Shown here piece by piece: positions 1 through 14,182 of a stretch of 64,000 nucleotides of DNA. The notes under the pieces are model-generated. The model saw nothing but the letters and a program-made list of their open reading frames with translations, ran no database searches and was not told the origin of the DNA. The position numbers were made by a program, and so were the translations under genes. Each line of letters begins with the position of its first letter. The first letter of the stretch is position 1. This stretch comes from the human T2T-CHM13v2.0 reference genome, Homo sapiens. The DNA lies in the NCBI RefSeq assembly GCF_009914755.1, contig NC_060937.1. The stretch is one strand, 5' to 3'.

Positions 1-625
1 GGCCCCAGGTCAGTGATCACTCCTGTGCTTCCACAGCCCAGCGCCAAACCCAGCCCTGCTCTGGGCCTGGACAATGCTCAGGACAGGACAGTGTGGGAGT
101 CAGCCCCTGGCCCTGACCCTGGCTCTCGGAGCCAGCGCTGTTGCTTCCCTACCTCACTGGATGTTGCAGGAATGGGTTAGAGATCTGAGGACCACGGAAA
201 GTTAGGGGTGAGGGGAGGATGAACCAGTCATGGGGAACCCCGGTATCTCTGAGTGAGTAGAGAAGGAAGGTGGTGCTGGCGGGAAGGAAGGACAGGTGCT
301 GGCTGTGGGTTCCAGCCACTTCCGAGGTGCAGGCCTGGGGAGAGGAGGCAGGTGGGGCCTGCTCAGGGAGCCCCTGAAGAAGTTCTGAGTTGGCTGTGCT
401 CCAGTTGGCCCCTGCACATTCCCCATGCCAGGCAGGCGCTTTTTCTCCTCTTTAAAAAGGCATTCCCTGAGCCTGGTGGAATGAGACAAACATGGAAATC
501 CCTGGGCTGCTCTCAGTGGTGGAAGAGGTTGGGCACCCTGGCGGCTTAGGGTGGGACTCGGCCTGCAGAGCCAAGCAGGCGCCCTTTTTCCTCCTTTTCT
601 TTTCCTTTCGTCCATTTAATTTTTA

Positions 626-1163
<538 letters not shown>

Positions 1164-1316
1164 TTAACTTTTTTAAAGAAAGAAGATTTCACAAATAGAG
1201 TTTAAGCCCCTAGACATAGTTCCAAAGCTGTTCAGCTTGTCCACCCAGACAGAGAATCACAGTTCTGGATGAAGCATGCACTCTCCCCCAGCATGTTCTT
1301 CTACTTTACTTACACA

Positions 1317-1678
1317 GTATCCATGCATCTACACACATGACTCACGGTGTCCATGTATCTGCACACACATGACTCATGGTGTCCATGTATCTGCACACAC
1401 AAGGCGGTGTCCATGTATCTGCACACGAGACTCACGTCCGTGTATCTGCACACATGAGTCACGGTGTCCATGTATCTGCACACACGAGACGGTGTCCATG
1501 TATCTGCACACGAGACTCACGTCCGTGTATCTGCACACATGACTCAACGTGTCCGTGTATCTGCACACATGACTCACGGTGTCCGTGTATCTGCACACAG
1601 GACTCACGGTGTCCGTGTATCTGCACACAGGACTCACGGTGTCCGTGTATCTGCAAACATGACTCATGGTGTCCGTGT
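1317..1678. repeat. Minisatellite, ~30-bp unit GTGTCCGTGTATCTGCACACATGACTCACG, ~12 copies
   Basis: 30-bp periodicity read directly (e.g. 1561/1591/1621). Confidence 0.93.
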
Positions 1679-1759
1679 AATCACCTCCTACTGTTTCATC
1701 ATATCCTATAACCAGTTTCTCAGCTTCCATTCTGCTATCCTACAACTACTCTCCAGTAA

Positions 1760-2690
1760 TCCTATGTGTAGGACCCTCCAATAACCCCCACATCACTCGG
1801 AGCAAAGGCCAGAGGCCCTGCGGCTCACCCCTGATGTCCTCCACCTGGTCCCCACAAGCCTCTGGCACCCTGGTCTCCTTGCTGCTCCCCCTGGGCCTGG
1901 ATGGCTCCACCCCAGGGCCTTTGCATGGAGGTTCCTTTTCCTCAGACCCTCTGCCCCAGATGTCTGGGTGAGCAACCACCTCCACGCCCTCAAGCTTGGT
2001 CTTCAACATCACCTGTCAACAAGCTCTCTTTTCACTACTTAAAAACCACAGCTCCCTCCCTCTCCCACACTATACTTTCTATTTTGTTTCTTTACCTCTC
2101 TTTCCTTTTTCTGTGGCCTGCATTACCTGGCTGTGTATGTATGTATGTGTGTATGTGTGTGTATGTATAAGTGTGTATGTGTGTGTATGTATGTGCATGT
2201 GTGTGCATGTATAAGTGTGCATGTGTATGTGTGTGCATGTGTGTATGCATGCGTGTATGTATATGTGCATATGTGCATGTATGCACGTATAAGTGTGTAT
2301 GTATGCATGTGCGTATGTATGTGTATGTATGTGTGCGTGTATGTATGCACACATGTATGCATGTATGTGCATGTATGTATGTGTGCATGTATGTATGCAC
2401 ACATGCATGCATGCGTGTATGTATGCATGTGTATATATATGCATGTGTGTGTGTATGTGCATGCATGTGTGTATGTCTGCATGTGTGTATGTGTATATGT
2501 GTGTGTATTCCATAGCATGTTGCCCTCTGACATGCTGTGCATTTTTCTTGTTTATTGTATTATTATTCATGGCCTCACTTCCCCACCAGGATCCTTGTTT
2601 ACGTTGCTCATTGATACATCCCAAGTACCTGGAACAGTGTCTGGTATATCGCGGATGTTTAGTAAGTCTTGAGAGGCTCACTGAGTGAAC
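1760..2690 (+). mobile_element. L2 3' fragment interrupted by a TG-rich repeat
   Basis: L2-like motifs cccagggcctttgcatggaggttcc and gtacctggaacagtgtctggtat...tgagtgaa; family assigned by eye. Confidence 0.6.
2132..2507. repeat. (TG/TA/CA)n alternating purine-pyrimidine tract
   Basis: About 375 bp of near-continuous RY alternation. Confidence 0.95.
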
Positions 2691-2699
2691 AGTGTTAAT

Positions 2700-2990
2700 T
2701 TTCATGGTTTAAAACTTTATATAAATGGTACCATACTCGCTGCCGTACTTGCTGTCGTACTCGCTGCCGTACTGTGCACTTGCATTTTTGCTCCGCGTTC
2801 TGTTTTTGGCATTTATCCACATTGATCCATGTAGCTCTCATTTATTTTAACTGCCATGTGGTATTTCGCTGTATATGCCCATTTCTTTATCGCTTCTCCC
2901 CGTGTTGGATATTCAGGGTGTGTCCGGTGCTTTGGACACACAGTGTTGTGAGGAATATTCTGTACGCATCTTCTAGCACATGCATACTTC
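2700..2990 (-). mobile_element. Old L1M 3' UTR fragment
   Basis: Resembles antisense L1M 3' end (tttatataaatggtaccatac...catttatccacattgatccatgtagc). Confidence 0.5.
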
Positions 2991-2992
2991 TT

Positions 2993-3173
2993 GTGGTAGT
3001 TTCTCTCTCACAGTGGATGGCCTATTAGAATGACTAGGGAATTCTTAGCTATTAGTTTGTTCCCAGAAGTTCTGGTTCAATTGATCTGGTCTGGGTTCAG
3101 TGCTGCAGAAATGTTTTTTCTTTTAAAGACATTCCTGGATGACTTTAACGACAGCCGGGGTTGAGAACCACGG
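2993..3173. mobile_element. MER5-like hAT DNA transposon relic
   Basis: Ends cagccggggttgagaaccac, like the MER5 terminus; attagaatgactaggg near the other end. Confidence 0.55.
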
Positions 3174-3839
3174 CTCCTGGCTCGAAGGAGCAGATCTATG
3201 TTTGTGTTCTTGGGCATATCTAGAAAGAGATATGCTTTCTTTCTGGCTTGTCATCTACTTGCTTCAATTTTCCTAAAGGTTGCTTTCAAAGTGGTGGCAC
3301 CATGCGTGATCCCAGCGGTGAATGCAGATTCCCACGTTTTCATTAACATTCTTTAAGTTGTTTGACCCTTGGGGTTTTCTGATAGGATGAGGGTGAAACG
3401 CATCCTCTTGTTCCCACAGCGTTCCCCTAATTCCGGGGGCTGAGTTTATTGATCGTTCAAGCATCTTCTTTTGTGACGGGACCGCTGATGTCCTTGACTC
3501 AAAGATGTTAAAAATACGTTTAGAAGGATCTTTATTTTTTCCTGCTGCTGTACGAGGCACCCTTTCTGGCCCCGTGTTTCCTTGCCCTTCTTTCCAGCAG
3601 CAGATTTTACTCAGAACAACTTCAGTGCTGTGGACACAAAGACGCAGGCCTTGGAGAGGCGGGTCAGCCCTGCCTCGGGGCTGCTGAGTGAGGTGCCAGA
3701 TGCGTTTGTTCCTCATTTACTCATTTGCGTTTGTTCCTCATTTACTCGTTCCTCGCAGACTGGGTTGTAACACCATGTACCACCCTCTGAACCCAGAGAT
3801 CAAGGGCTGGCTGGCCCTGTAGCCCCAAGGAGCTCCGTC

Positions 3840-4500
3840 ACCGGCCAATGGGGAGGCGAACCCGTGGTGACCCACTCAGCGGCACCGCCAAGGGCTGAGC
3901 GTGGCGCCAGCGGCGGAAGGCCCGGGGTCACCGTCCCAGGCCGGGGCTCCGACCCCGAGTCCGCAGGGTCCTCTCCAGGCACCTTCCATCTGGGGTCTGG
4001 CTTCCACTCCCGGCCGCGGCGTCCTGATTTCCAGAAACCAGGCGGCCGCTGGAGGGGAGAAGGGGGAGCGGGCGCAGCGGGGGAGGGAGGAGAAGAAACG
4101 CCGGAGAAGGGAGAGTAGAGCGAGGAAGGACGCGAGGCGGGCGGAGCGCGGGGAGGTGCAGGGGGCGGGGAAGGGGCGGCGCCGCGAGGGCGGCTCCTGG
4201 CGGCGGGACTGTGGCTGTGGCCCCGGGAGAGCCGGGTGGGGCCTCGGGATGCAGCCGCCGGTGCCCGGGCCCCTGGGCCTGCTGGACCCCGCAGGTGAGC
4301 GCGGGGCTGGGGGCTCGTCTCGGCTCCTGCGGGGGAGCGTGGGGACCCCGGGGCTGGGACTACAGGTCCCCGGCCGGCCCGGGCGGAACCTGCGCGGAGA
4401 CGCGGCACGGGGTCTGGTCCCTCCGCCTCCTTCGAGCTCTGTCTTTGGAACACTTTGCATTTCGCACTGGGGTCGGGCGTTCGTCCTACCGGTTCGTTCA
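3840..4500. promoter_or_regulatory. CpG island promoter of TMEM255B with GC boxes
   Basis: Very high GC and CpG density around exon 1; GGGGCGG motifs at about 4162-4180; no TATA box seen; boundaries approximate. Confidence 0.88.
4249..4294 (+). CDS. TMEM255B: TMEM255B coding exon 1 (MQPPVPGPLGLLDPA + 1 nt)
   Basis: ATG at 4249 inside a CpG island; donor CAG|GTGAGC at 4294/4295; 46 nt, phase 1; joins exon 2 in frame; N-terminus recognised as TMEM255B/FAM70B. Confidence 0.95.
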
Positions 4501-5539
4501 TTCATTCTCTCTCCCTGTCTCTCTCTCTGTCTCTGTCTCTCTCGCTCTTTCTGTCTCTGCCTCCTCAGTCTTTGCCTTTCTCTGACTCTGTGTCCGTTCC
4601 TCTTGGCCTCTCTCTCCCTGTTACGTTTTATTATGAGGAACAGGCGCCCCAAAGTGCGCTCCTTCCCCATCTCTTCCGTTTATTCCAACCTACACCATTT
4701 TCCGGGAAAACTTCGTTTGGAAGAGCGAGGTAGCCTTTTCCTGTTTGAACGTGCAGAGGCGCTCACAGAACTGGACAGTGTTGCTTGGTTTCGGCTCGCC
4801 CCTCTCTCGTGTTTCTCCCCGGTGTGTTCACGGAATCTCCAATTCTTCCACTTCCCAGACCAAGCCCGCTGCAGCCTCGGAGCCAGGCAAAGGCTGGGAA
4901 AACAGGAAACCTGTTGCGTGTTCACCAGTTCGCAAGCCGGGCTCGGGGGCTCTGCCGGGAAGTGGCCAGGACTGGAAGGATGCCGGGTGTCTTCCTGAGG
5001 GGGAGAGGGCTGGGCAGATTTCAGAACAAAAGAGAAACAGAGTTCCCTAGAAAGTGAAGCCCTGACGGCTGGAGGGAGGGATGGAGTGGTGTCTAGGGGG
5101 CTCTGCCGCTCCCTCAGAAATAATCCAACACAAACTTCTGGGGATTAACCTCACAACCCTTTTACTGCGGCATCGTTCGGAACCGGACGAATTACTGTTA
5201 CTTAAAATAATCAAATAATTTGGCTTCTTTCTAAAAGAAACCACTATATGCCTTCCAATCTAAAGCAAAATGCTCTATGGTCAAATGTATTAATGTGGAT
5301 TAGTCTATTGGTGTTTAATAATGATAACTATTATTATTATTTATTAACTAGTTTTATCATTATTAGAATGCCTTAATGTTTAAAAATAGCCTCTGACTTA
5401 GATTTTCTTCTGACAAAGAACTTTAAACCTTAAAACAATACTTGGAGCTGGTCTTTTTAGTATATGAAACATTGGTGTATCTGGGTAGGATTATGGGTCT
5501 TTTTGTTTGGAGCTGGTCTTTTACTAAAATGTATAAAGC

Positions 5540-6119
5540 ATTGGTGTGTCTGGGGTTGGATTATGGTCTTTCTGCTTTGGTGTGTCGGGGTGGATTATGG
5601 TCTTTCTGCTTTGGGGTATCTGGGGGTGGGTTATGGTCTTTCTGCTTTGGGGTATCTGGGGGTGGATTATGGTCTTTCTGCTTTGGGGTATCTGGGGGTG
5701 GATTATGGTCTTTCTGCTTTGGTGTGTCTGGGGGTGGATTATGGTCTTTCTGCTTTGGGGTATCTGGGGGTGGGTTATGGTCTTTCTGCTTTGGGGTATC
5801 TGGGGGTGGATTATGGTCTTTCTGCTTTGGTGTGTCTGGGGGTGGATTATGGTCTTTCTGCTTTGGGGTATCGGGGGTGGGTTATGGTCTTTCTGCTTTG
5901 GGGTATCTGGGGGTGGATTATGGTCTTTCTGCTTTGGTGTGCCTGGGGGTGGATTATGGTCTTTCTGCTTTGGTGTGTCTGGGGGTGGGTTATGGTCTTT
6001 CTGCTTTGGTGTGTCTGGAGGTAGATTGTGGGTTTTTCTGCTTTGGGGTATCTGGGGGTGGACCATAGTCTTTCTGCTTTGGGGTACCTGGGGGTAGGAT
6101 TATGGGTTTTTCTGCTTTG
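5540..6119. repeat. Minisatellite, 36-bp unit GGATTATGGTCTTTCTGCTTTGGGGTATCTGGGGGT, ~16 copies (intron 1)
   Basis: 36-bp period; explains the 12-aa repeats in ORFs 5442..6068 and neighbours. Confidence 0.96.
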
Positions 6120-9100
6120 CCCTTCTTTGTTCACTACCCTGGGCATGTGTAAAATCAGGACGAAAGAGGAATTGACGGCTGAGTGATTACAGTTTTACCT
6201 GGGATTGTTACTTGGACACCATGACTGGTGTCCCCACATGATTAAATGGAACTCACTCTTCTTTTTGGGCGTTCCAGGTCCGGCTGGCAGGAAGGCCGGA
6301 TCTTAGAACCCTTCCAAGCAGTGCCACCTCCCATGCTTTGTGACATTCCCCTTCCTGGCTCTGTGGAGTAGAGGAAATGGGTCTGAGGGGCAGGAAGAGC
6401 CTGACCTCCAGCCTCGCGTGTCTTCCAGGTAGGACCTGGCGTGGGCACAGGCTCCTGTGGTTCAGCTCCTCCAGCTAAGGCTGGGGAAGGAGCCAGGAAG
6501 GGGAGAGCAGGTGGGATGGGAGAAGTGGGGGCTGGTGGGGAGTGACAAGGTGATATTCTGAGATATCCTAGATGGGCTGCACCTGGGGAAGACTAGAATT
6601 AGAAAAATCAGCGCACTTGATAGCAGAGAGGTAGCTGTTGGCCCCTTCAGCTTCACATCTCAGAACTCCTCCTTGCAACTCCAGTGGGAGAAATGCTGGT
6701 TAAGAATAGCCGCTACGCCGTCTTAAAGTTCACACCACCCTGATGATTAGCATATGCATTCCATTTACAAAAACCTATATGAGAGCCCACGTATCGTGTC
6801 TCACTGGACGCTTATCACAATCTCAAGAGGTGGGTGAGCAGGTGGTTCTCATGATTTCCATCCTACAGGTCAGGAGACTGAAGTGCCTTCATTCATTCCG
6901 TACCAGGAGATGTGTCTATGTCCTCATCTGAGCCCCGGGAACCGGCGACAAACAAGAGACAGAGCTCTTGGCTCTCATAGGGTTCTCTTCTCCCAGGCTC
7001 AGGGAGATTAAATGGCCGCCCAAGACCACACAATGGGTCTGGACAGACCCAGAATGGTTTGGGTCCAGTCCCTGTAAGCTGCCTCTGCAATAGAAACCTA
7101 TTGGTAGATATTTTAATTAATAGTTGGGGCACTTAGGAGCACTTTAATTTTCACAGTGCGTGTAATAACAGTATTTCCGGGACAGGAAAAAAAAAAAAAA
7201 AAATCAAGGAAATTATTCAGGTGATTTTAATTATCTTTCTCCTAAGTGAAAGCCCCTTTCTCTTGAAAATCTGACCTTATAATTATCTCTTATGCTAATT
7301 ATAAAGATATCCCACCTTCTTTTCTTGAGTTTATTTTTTTTCTCATTTTTATGCTGTGTCATGTATTTATAGAATGTGTTTAAGGTTGGGAGTCTTCTTT
7401 TTGTTATCTCTATTATATCTGGAGTCAAAATATCACCATTGTGTAATTGAATGAGATGATTTGCAACCATTGCTCCCAGTGCCCCATGTAAGTTCTACTG
7501 TCTTTCTAGACTTGTATAATCTAGGAATCTGTGATAGGAATGCTGATAAAAGGGTGGCTCATACCTTCTGCTTTTTATTTTGTAGCAGATGGGGGGGAAG
7601 TTAGACTCAGGAAAGAGGGGTAAACATAGCAAAGTTAGGTTGAAAATGGTTTGTAGGAGGATTTACGTGGTTTCAGAGGAGATGTGTCTAACTCTTCGCA
7701 TAGTAATTAACAAGTCAGCATGTTACCGATTGACTTGACAAGGTCAGTTAGCCCAGTGGGTCTTGCTGGGCCCCCACTCTTCATGCCAAGGAACCGAGCA
7801 GAGCTTCCAGCTTTAAGAACCAGAATCCAGTCACAGGGTTCCTGACAGACGGACGCCCACAGGAGGCTGGGACAGGAGCCCCACGGAAGGTTCTACCTGT
7901 GGGTCGAAGCAGACGCTGAGTCATCTGGTTAACTATTTTGAGCATAATATTATATGCATGCAGTGCATTTAATTAAGAAAAATCGCACAACAAAATCCTT
8001 TGAGAAGGACAGCGTTTGTCTGATAATTTTCTCAAATACTTAGTCCCATAAAATTTAGTTTTAGAAATTGTATTGCTCTTAAAATACATTTAAACAGTCA
8101 AAAGATTGGAATGGGAGCCTAAGGAAAAGCAGGAAAGGCTGAAGCGGGAATTGTGTGAGTTGAAGGCACCTGGCATTTGGCTGCATTGGCAGGTGTTACA
8201 TGGAGGCTGGTGAGGGTGACCTGGAGCCTCTGGTCATGATCAAATGAGATAAGGAAGTTAGGCTGCTCTGAAAATCGACACACAGCCCAATCCATAGATG
8301 GTGTTATTATCATCAATATGATTATTTTGTGTAATTCCACAATAGCTGTTTCATTAACTTCCAAAATGTGGAATTGCATATATTTTTAAATTTTGTGTCC
8401 ATTTTTAAAAAGTTTACCTACCTTTCTAAAACGAATCAACCAGAACGGAGTTTCACCCACGGGAGGTGCCTGCCTTCCTCTTGCCCACTTGCTCCCAGCG
8501 TGGGTTTGCTGTTTCTCACCTCGACTTCCCGACAGAGACCCGGGATCTGTCGCCATCGCTCCTGTCTCTCGGGCAAACGACCGTGAACATATAACCTTTC
8601 AGGTTTTTAACAAATTGCAAGATTTCAGTGAAAAAATTACTATAAAGCATTGTGGTCCTAATTTAAGAAAAAAATGTTTTAAAAAGTACATAGTGCATTG
8701 AAAAAAGACCATAAGATTTTATGCCTACTTGTTAATTTAGGTTACCATGAATTTTATTTTCCCTTTTGCATTTTTCAGTACTTTATGAGTGTTCTACAAA
8801 AAATCACTCTGCTCTTCTGAGCAGCGTAAAAATCACACTTTCCAACATATACCCACTGTCTCCCTTTTCCTTGTAAGAATGTCGTTATCATCTTCCCAAC
8901 CTTTTCCAGTCCAACGAGGGTTGGCTTTTAGTTCAGAAATACCATGAGAGACACAGGGAAGAACTGTGCGAGTTAGAGGTGGGGAGGAGGAAGGAAGCCT
9001 GAGGCTGAGAAGCGAGGGACTGAGAGGCGGAGCTGGAGGAGGCCTTGGGCCGTGTGTTCCGGCTGGCAGGTGCAGCGCCCATCCCCTCATGCAGGGCAGG

Positions 9101-9689
9101 TGTCGGGTGCCTGGGCCTCGGTCACTTGAGGGGAGTGTCCTCCCCATCCAAAGACAAGAAAGGACGTGCTCCATGCACACAGGAAGGCAGGTGTGGCCTG
9201 GGGTGGGATGGGCCGGGGCGTGGGCGTGGGACACGGGGACACGGGTTGGGGCTGGGGGAGCATGACTTTAACAGACACTGGGTGATGGATGTGTAGGTGC
9301 CAGGTCCTGGGCCGCCAGTGTGGCCTTGGGGCTCCTGGTGCTGTGCCCGCCCCTGCACCCACCTGCTTGTCACCCCTCTAGGTTTATTCAGTGTGACCCC
9401 TGCAGAAGCTGCCTTGGGGACCCGGAGGGCGCAGGTGTGGCCCTGGCTGCAGGGACCCCGAACCCCAGGGCGTGTTCCTGAGGCTGGGTGTGGGGATTGC
9501 TCCCTGGCCCGCACCGGGCTGCAGCCTCTGGTGTCTCAGGAGGGTGGCTTTCAGAAGGAGGGCCTCACTCCACACCAGTGGTGCTGGGCTGAGGGGTGCA
9601 CTGTGCCATCACCAGGCCCCTCAGGGAAGGCTCTGCCCTCTGCCCGCTGCCTGTGGGTGACACATCCGGAGCGCCCTGTCCCCAGCCCT

Positions 9690-10250
9690 GCTTAAGTTTT
9701 CTCCACTGAACTTGGCCTTTTCCAATGCCTGCAGCGTGTGCCTCTGTCTGTCTGGTGTCCCCTCTGCCTCTCACATGCGAGGATGCTCTGCAGGGGCAGG
9801 GGTGAAGGGGCGACTGTGGAGAGCACAGGGGTGAGTGTGGCTACTATACTCAGTGTGTCTATGCAGCAACATGTAAGAGAGGCCTTCAGGGAGTGCTGCG
9901 AGTGTCTAGCTGGAGACAGCAGGTACAAAGGCCCTGTGGATGCTGCAACAAGCCTGCCTCTAAGGAGGCAGGAGATGGGGCAACCAGGGAGAGGCTGAAA
10001 CCACTGCCTGCGGCCTGGAGTATAACACTAAGGACAGTGCCACTGGCCGCCTCGGTGCAGTGGGTCCAAGACGGGGGCAGCCTGGCTGGCTGGTGGGAGC
10101 CGATGGTTTATTACGTTGGCGAATGGAGTGATCTGGTCCCCTCCAAGGTGGAAGGTAAAAAGCGATTTAGGATGAGATTCTTGGGACAAGTGTATCTTTG
10201 CAAGGGTCAAGAGGCAGGCAGGGTGCTGTGCCGGGGGCTGTGCTGAGTCC
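9690..10250 (-). mobile_element. Degenerate L2 fragment
   Basis: Antisense L2-like motifs (agcaggtacaaaggccctgtgg, ggagatggggcaaccagggagaggctg). Confidence 0.4.
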
Positions 10251-11199
10251 AAGAGGGCCTTGAAGGAAGGCCGTGACCAAGGCCACGCCCTTGCTGGGTC
10301 AGCTGGATAAAAATGACTCTCTCAGATCAGCAGAGCAATTCTGCATCTGCACATTGATTTATAGTTTTGTGAAACTCATTTCTGAGGATGTAACAATCCC
10401 TTCCTTGGGTGCGATAACCTTGCCTTGCCATTGAGCTCTGCTGATGGGATTGCAGAAGTGTAAATCTTCAGATGCGGACCTTCTAGGGTGTGGACAATGT
10501 CTGCACGGCCGTCATCGCTGCCAGCGGCTCTCCAGTGTGCGGTCTGCTTTCCCTGCACACACGCACTTACACATGTGCACACACACAAATGTTGATTTTC
10601 AAACTCTTGGAGTAGGAAGACCTTACCATGGTTTTTTAAATCCCCTATTTTGTTTGGAGTCACACAGGGATCAAGATGATTCAGTTTTCAAAAAATAAAG
10701 CAAAACAGATGGCACAGCTGGATGGTTGCTGTGTGCGTTCCTCTCTCCCTGCCCCTCCCCTGGTGGCAGCCCCCTCCCCCACTGGGTGTGGCTGGGATAG
10801 GCGGATAGAGAGGGTGTGTCTGTGAGCGAATGGTAATGATAAAACAGTAAACAAAAGATGCTCCTGTCCTCCTGGGGACACCAGGGGGAGAAAGTCAGAT
10901 AGAGGAAGAGGCAGCCAATAGGAAGGAGTCCTTTCTAGTTTGCTTTCTTGAGTTCTGTGACAGTTAGAATTAGGTTTGGCCGCAAATACCAGGCTATCCA
11001 GTATAGTGGCTTATGGTCCAGAGATTTTATTCTGTTATCTAATGGAGGTTGGGGGTGGTCCCCTGAGGTGGGCCTGGAGGCAGGCGGGGATAGTGCATCC
11101 CAGGACCCCTGGGTAACGGAGCACGGCCCAGAGCCTGCTGGCCTGACGCCCTCCTGAGCCTGAGCCCTCACTGACAGGTCCTCGCCTTCCTCCCCACAG

Positions 11200-11342
11200 A
11201 AGGGCTTTCGAGGAGGAAGAAGACGTCGCTCTGGTTTGTGGGGTCTCTGCTGCTGGTGTCCGTCCTCATAGTCACCGTCGGGCTGGCTGCCACCACCAGG
11301 ACGGAGAATGTGACCGTTGGGGGCTACTACCCAGGGATCATT
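11200..11342 (+). CDS. TMEM255B: TMEM255B exon 2 (EGLSRRKKTSLWFVGSLLLVSVLIVTVGLAATTRTENVTVGGYYPGII; TM1, NVT sequon)
   Basis: Pyrimidine tract plus CAG ending 11199; donor ATT|GTGAGT; 143 nt restores frame; matches ORF track 11238..11561. Confidence 0.96.
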
Positions 11343-14182
11343 GTGAGTGCGCCGGGCGGGCGGCCTGGGCCGGGGAGGGCAGGGTGGTGTGTGGCTCTCT
11401 CAGGGTGGAGTCCACGCCAGCTCACAGGGCTGGGGCTGAAGGTGGGGAGGCTTCGATCAGTGCTTGTGGTCGGCAGGGTTATGGCCCCCACAGACATGCA
11501 CTTCCCAATCCCCAGGACCTGGGACAGTGGCAGGTCCAAGGCAGAAGGGAATTGGGGTTGAGGTCCAAGTTGATCTCAAAATAGGGCCAGGTGCCCTCCA
11601 TTGTCTGGGTTGGCCCGATGTGGTCACAGGGTGACCAGAGGGCAGGAGGGGGGCCAGAGCCCGGCAACAGGAAATGTCCAAGGTGGAGGAGGGGCCAGGA
11701 GCCCAGGATGTCCAAAAAGGCCAGACAGAGCCTCCCCAAGCATCCTGGAAGGATTTTACCCTGAGGGACCAGGTCGACCACCATAGCCCATGGAAGGGGA
11801 AAGTAACTTTAAACGATTCCTACCAAGAAGCCGTGGGTCAAAGATCGTATTAGTGACGTGATCGCGTGGGAACGGCCAGAAGGTGGTGGTGCTGACCTCA
11901 TCCACCCGTCAGGCCAGATTTTGAACAGTAAGGCGACGAGGTAAATTGATGGTAACCTAATTGGCAAGAATTGGTCACCCAGATTCAAAAGTATCAAGGT
12001 TTTTTGAACTATGAAATTACATCCTCTGTCGTTAGTAAAAGAATTCTCCTAAGTGCCTGCATTCTGCACAGTGAACCTCTGTTGGAATGGCTTGGATCAG
12101 CTGCGATGCCCTTCACATGCCCCAGAGCCTGGTTGCTACGTCATAAAGTGCTAAAGCAAGATTTTAAAATGCGGCTTCTTCAATCTCATTACTCTCACCT
12201 AAAGTACTACCAAGATTGGTAATAATATTGATGACAATCAGCAAAGATGAAAGATTTTTGGCCCTAAGTATTTAGAAATATTTTACAAATACTGTTTATT
12301 TCACCATTATATTTTCCTTTGTTTATATCTTAGGGTGTGCCTTAGACATCTACACTATCTACCTGTGTATAGTTTATGAATAAACATATACAAATAGTAT
12401 CTATGCAGAAAAAGCTTTATCAGTAAAATTGCAAGAGGCCAATGGTGTGGGGACCTTGGCCTCATGTGAGGGGCTTTTCTGCTTCCTGGGCAGAAAGGGG
12501 AGCCCAGAGGGCAAGTGGCTGTGAGGAGGGACCTCCAAGTGATTTGCGAAACATCAAGATCAGCCTTGAGTGGTTGTTTTTTTTGGTTTGTCCTCAAGCT
12601 TATTTAAGAGCTGCCTCAGAATAACATAATGAAAAACATCAATGGCTAATGCCCAAGCTATGCTCTGTAAAGAATCTACCTTCTGGGCAATGAATTAATG
12701 CTGTGCTGACCAGATTGAAATGGCCTGTAGTACAGACAGTTCTGAAAGCAAACTAGGGAGACAACAAATAAAAGCAGCTTCAAGGAAACGTGGCTAAGAG
12801 TCACTTCTGTGGAGACTTTCTGCCAATGTAGAGACTTAAGAAGCTGATCTCAGAAGAAGCGGCCAGAACGTGAAAACATCTCCACATTTTCAAGAAAGGT
12901 GTGGTTTTTTTCAAATCCCCAAAAAATAAAACGTAGTGTAACAGATGTATTTTAATACATGTATATCGAAGTGAAATTTTGATATTTTTGACGTGTGGAG
13001 TTGAACTGCAGTATTTTGAAGCTCAGCACATGAAGAAATATTCCTGTTATCCCTGGAGAATTCTCAAACCGTTGGTGAAAGCCACATGTGTACGTGTCTA
13101 TCACCACAGACACACAGACAATTACAGAAAAGGCAAAACTATTTACATAAAGAAGTCCGGTTTCCAGTGCATTAAACTTGACACCACGGCCCCAGCAACT
13201 CCAAGGCTGTGCCGGGCGGGCCACCCCTTCCAACAGACACTCACTGGGAAGTGCGACCGGCCCGGCGCACCTGCGTGGGAGCAAGAGCCGTCTTAGGCCT
13301 CGGCACGGTCGTTGGCAGGTCCATGTTGGCTGCTCTGAGCCAGATTTTCGGTGGGTGTTGCTGAAATGCATGTTCTTCACACTGATTTTAAAAATTCCTC
13401 TGCCAGGTGGGCGTCACCTGCCAGGACGGGCCCTGGGTGGAGGGTGCGGATGCCCGGCCGGTGGCCTCTGTTCTAAGACAGCACAGTCCCATGTCTATTT
13501 CCCGACATCCCAGTATCATTTTCTGCCCAGAGCTGGGGCTTCCTGTGGAGTAAGGGGGCTCCGCCGGACCCCTGGTGGCCTGTGCTGCAGCCTGGGGCCC
13601 CCTCTGTGCCTGGCCCAGGTGCCCCCTCTGTGCCTGGCTCAGGTGCCCTTTCCCCACACCTGGCACCTCCCTGCTAACGGTCTGCCCTGCTCACTCTCCC
13701 GAAGCAGCAACCAGAGTTAGGCCGTCTGAGCAGGGGTCACTGGTGGCCCTGGTGCCTGGCAACCCTTCTTTTGAAACACGGCTGTAGTTCCCTAATACCT
13801 TACCCAGGAGCCATGCTCAGGGGCATCTCAGGCCTGGAGAAGACGGGACAGATGGTGGTGCTTGGTGGCCCTGGGTTCCCGAAAAGATGTTGTCTCTGGG
13901 GGAGGAGTGGGAACTTCTCTTACCCCAGAGTCACAAGCCAAACAGATGCATCATTAAAAACCTCTGAGCAGAGAAGACAGGACAGGTGATGTTGCAGAGA
14001 TGCCTGCCCAATGCCAGCAGACGCACCTGCTGCTCAGTGGTTGAGGTTCTTGAGGTAGGGATGTCTGGCCTTCGTCCCTGGATAAAATGCCTTTGAGGGC
14101 GGGATTATTTGCTTTAAATGTCAGTGTTAAGCTTCTAGGCACGTTAATGAGTGTTTCTCTCTCGTTCTTCCTTTGGTTTTAG

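Noticed and set aside
3876-4998. 365-aa + ORF and 264-aa - ORF across exon 1
   Set aside because: Stop-poor CpG island and (CT)n sequence; only 4249-4294 is supported as coding by splice signals and the known protein
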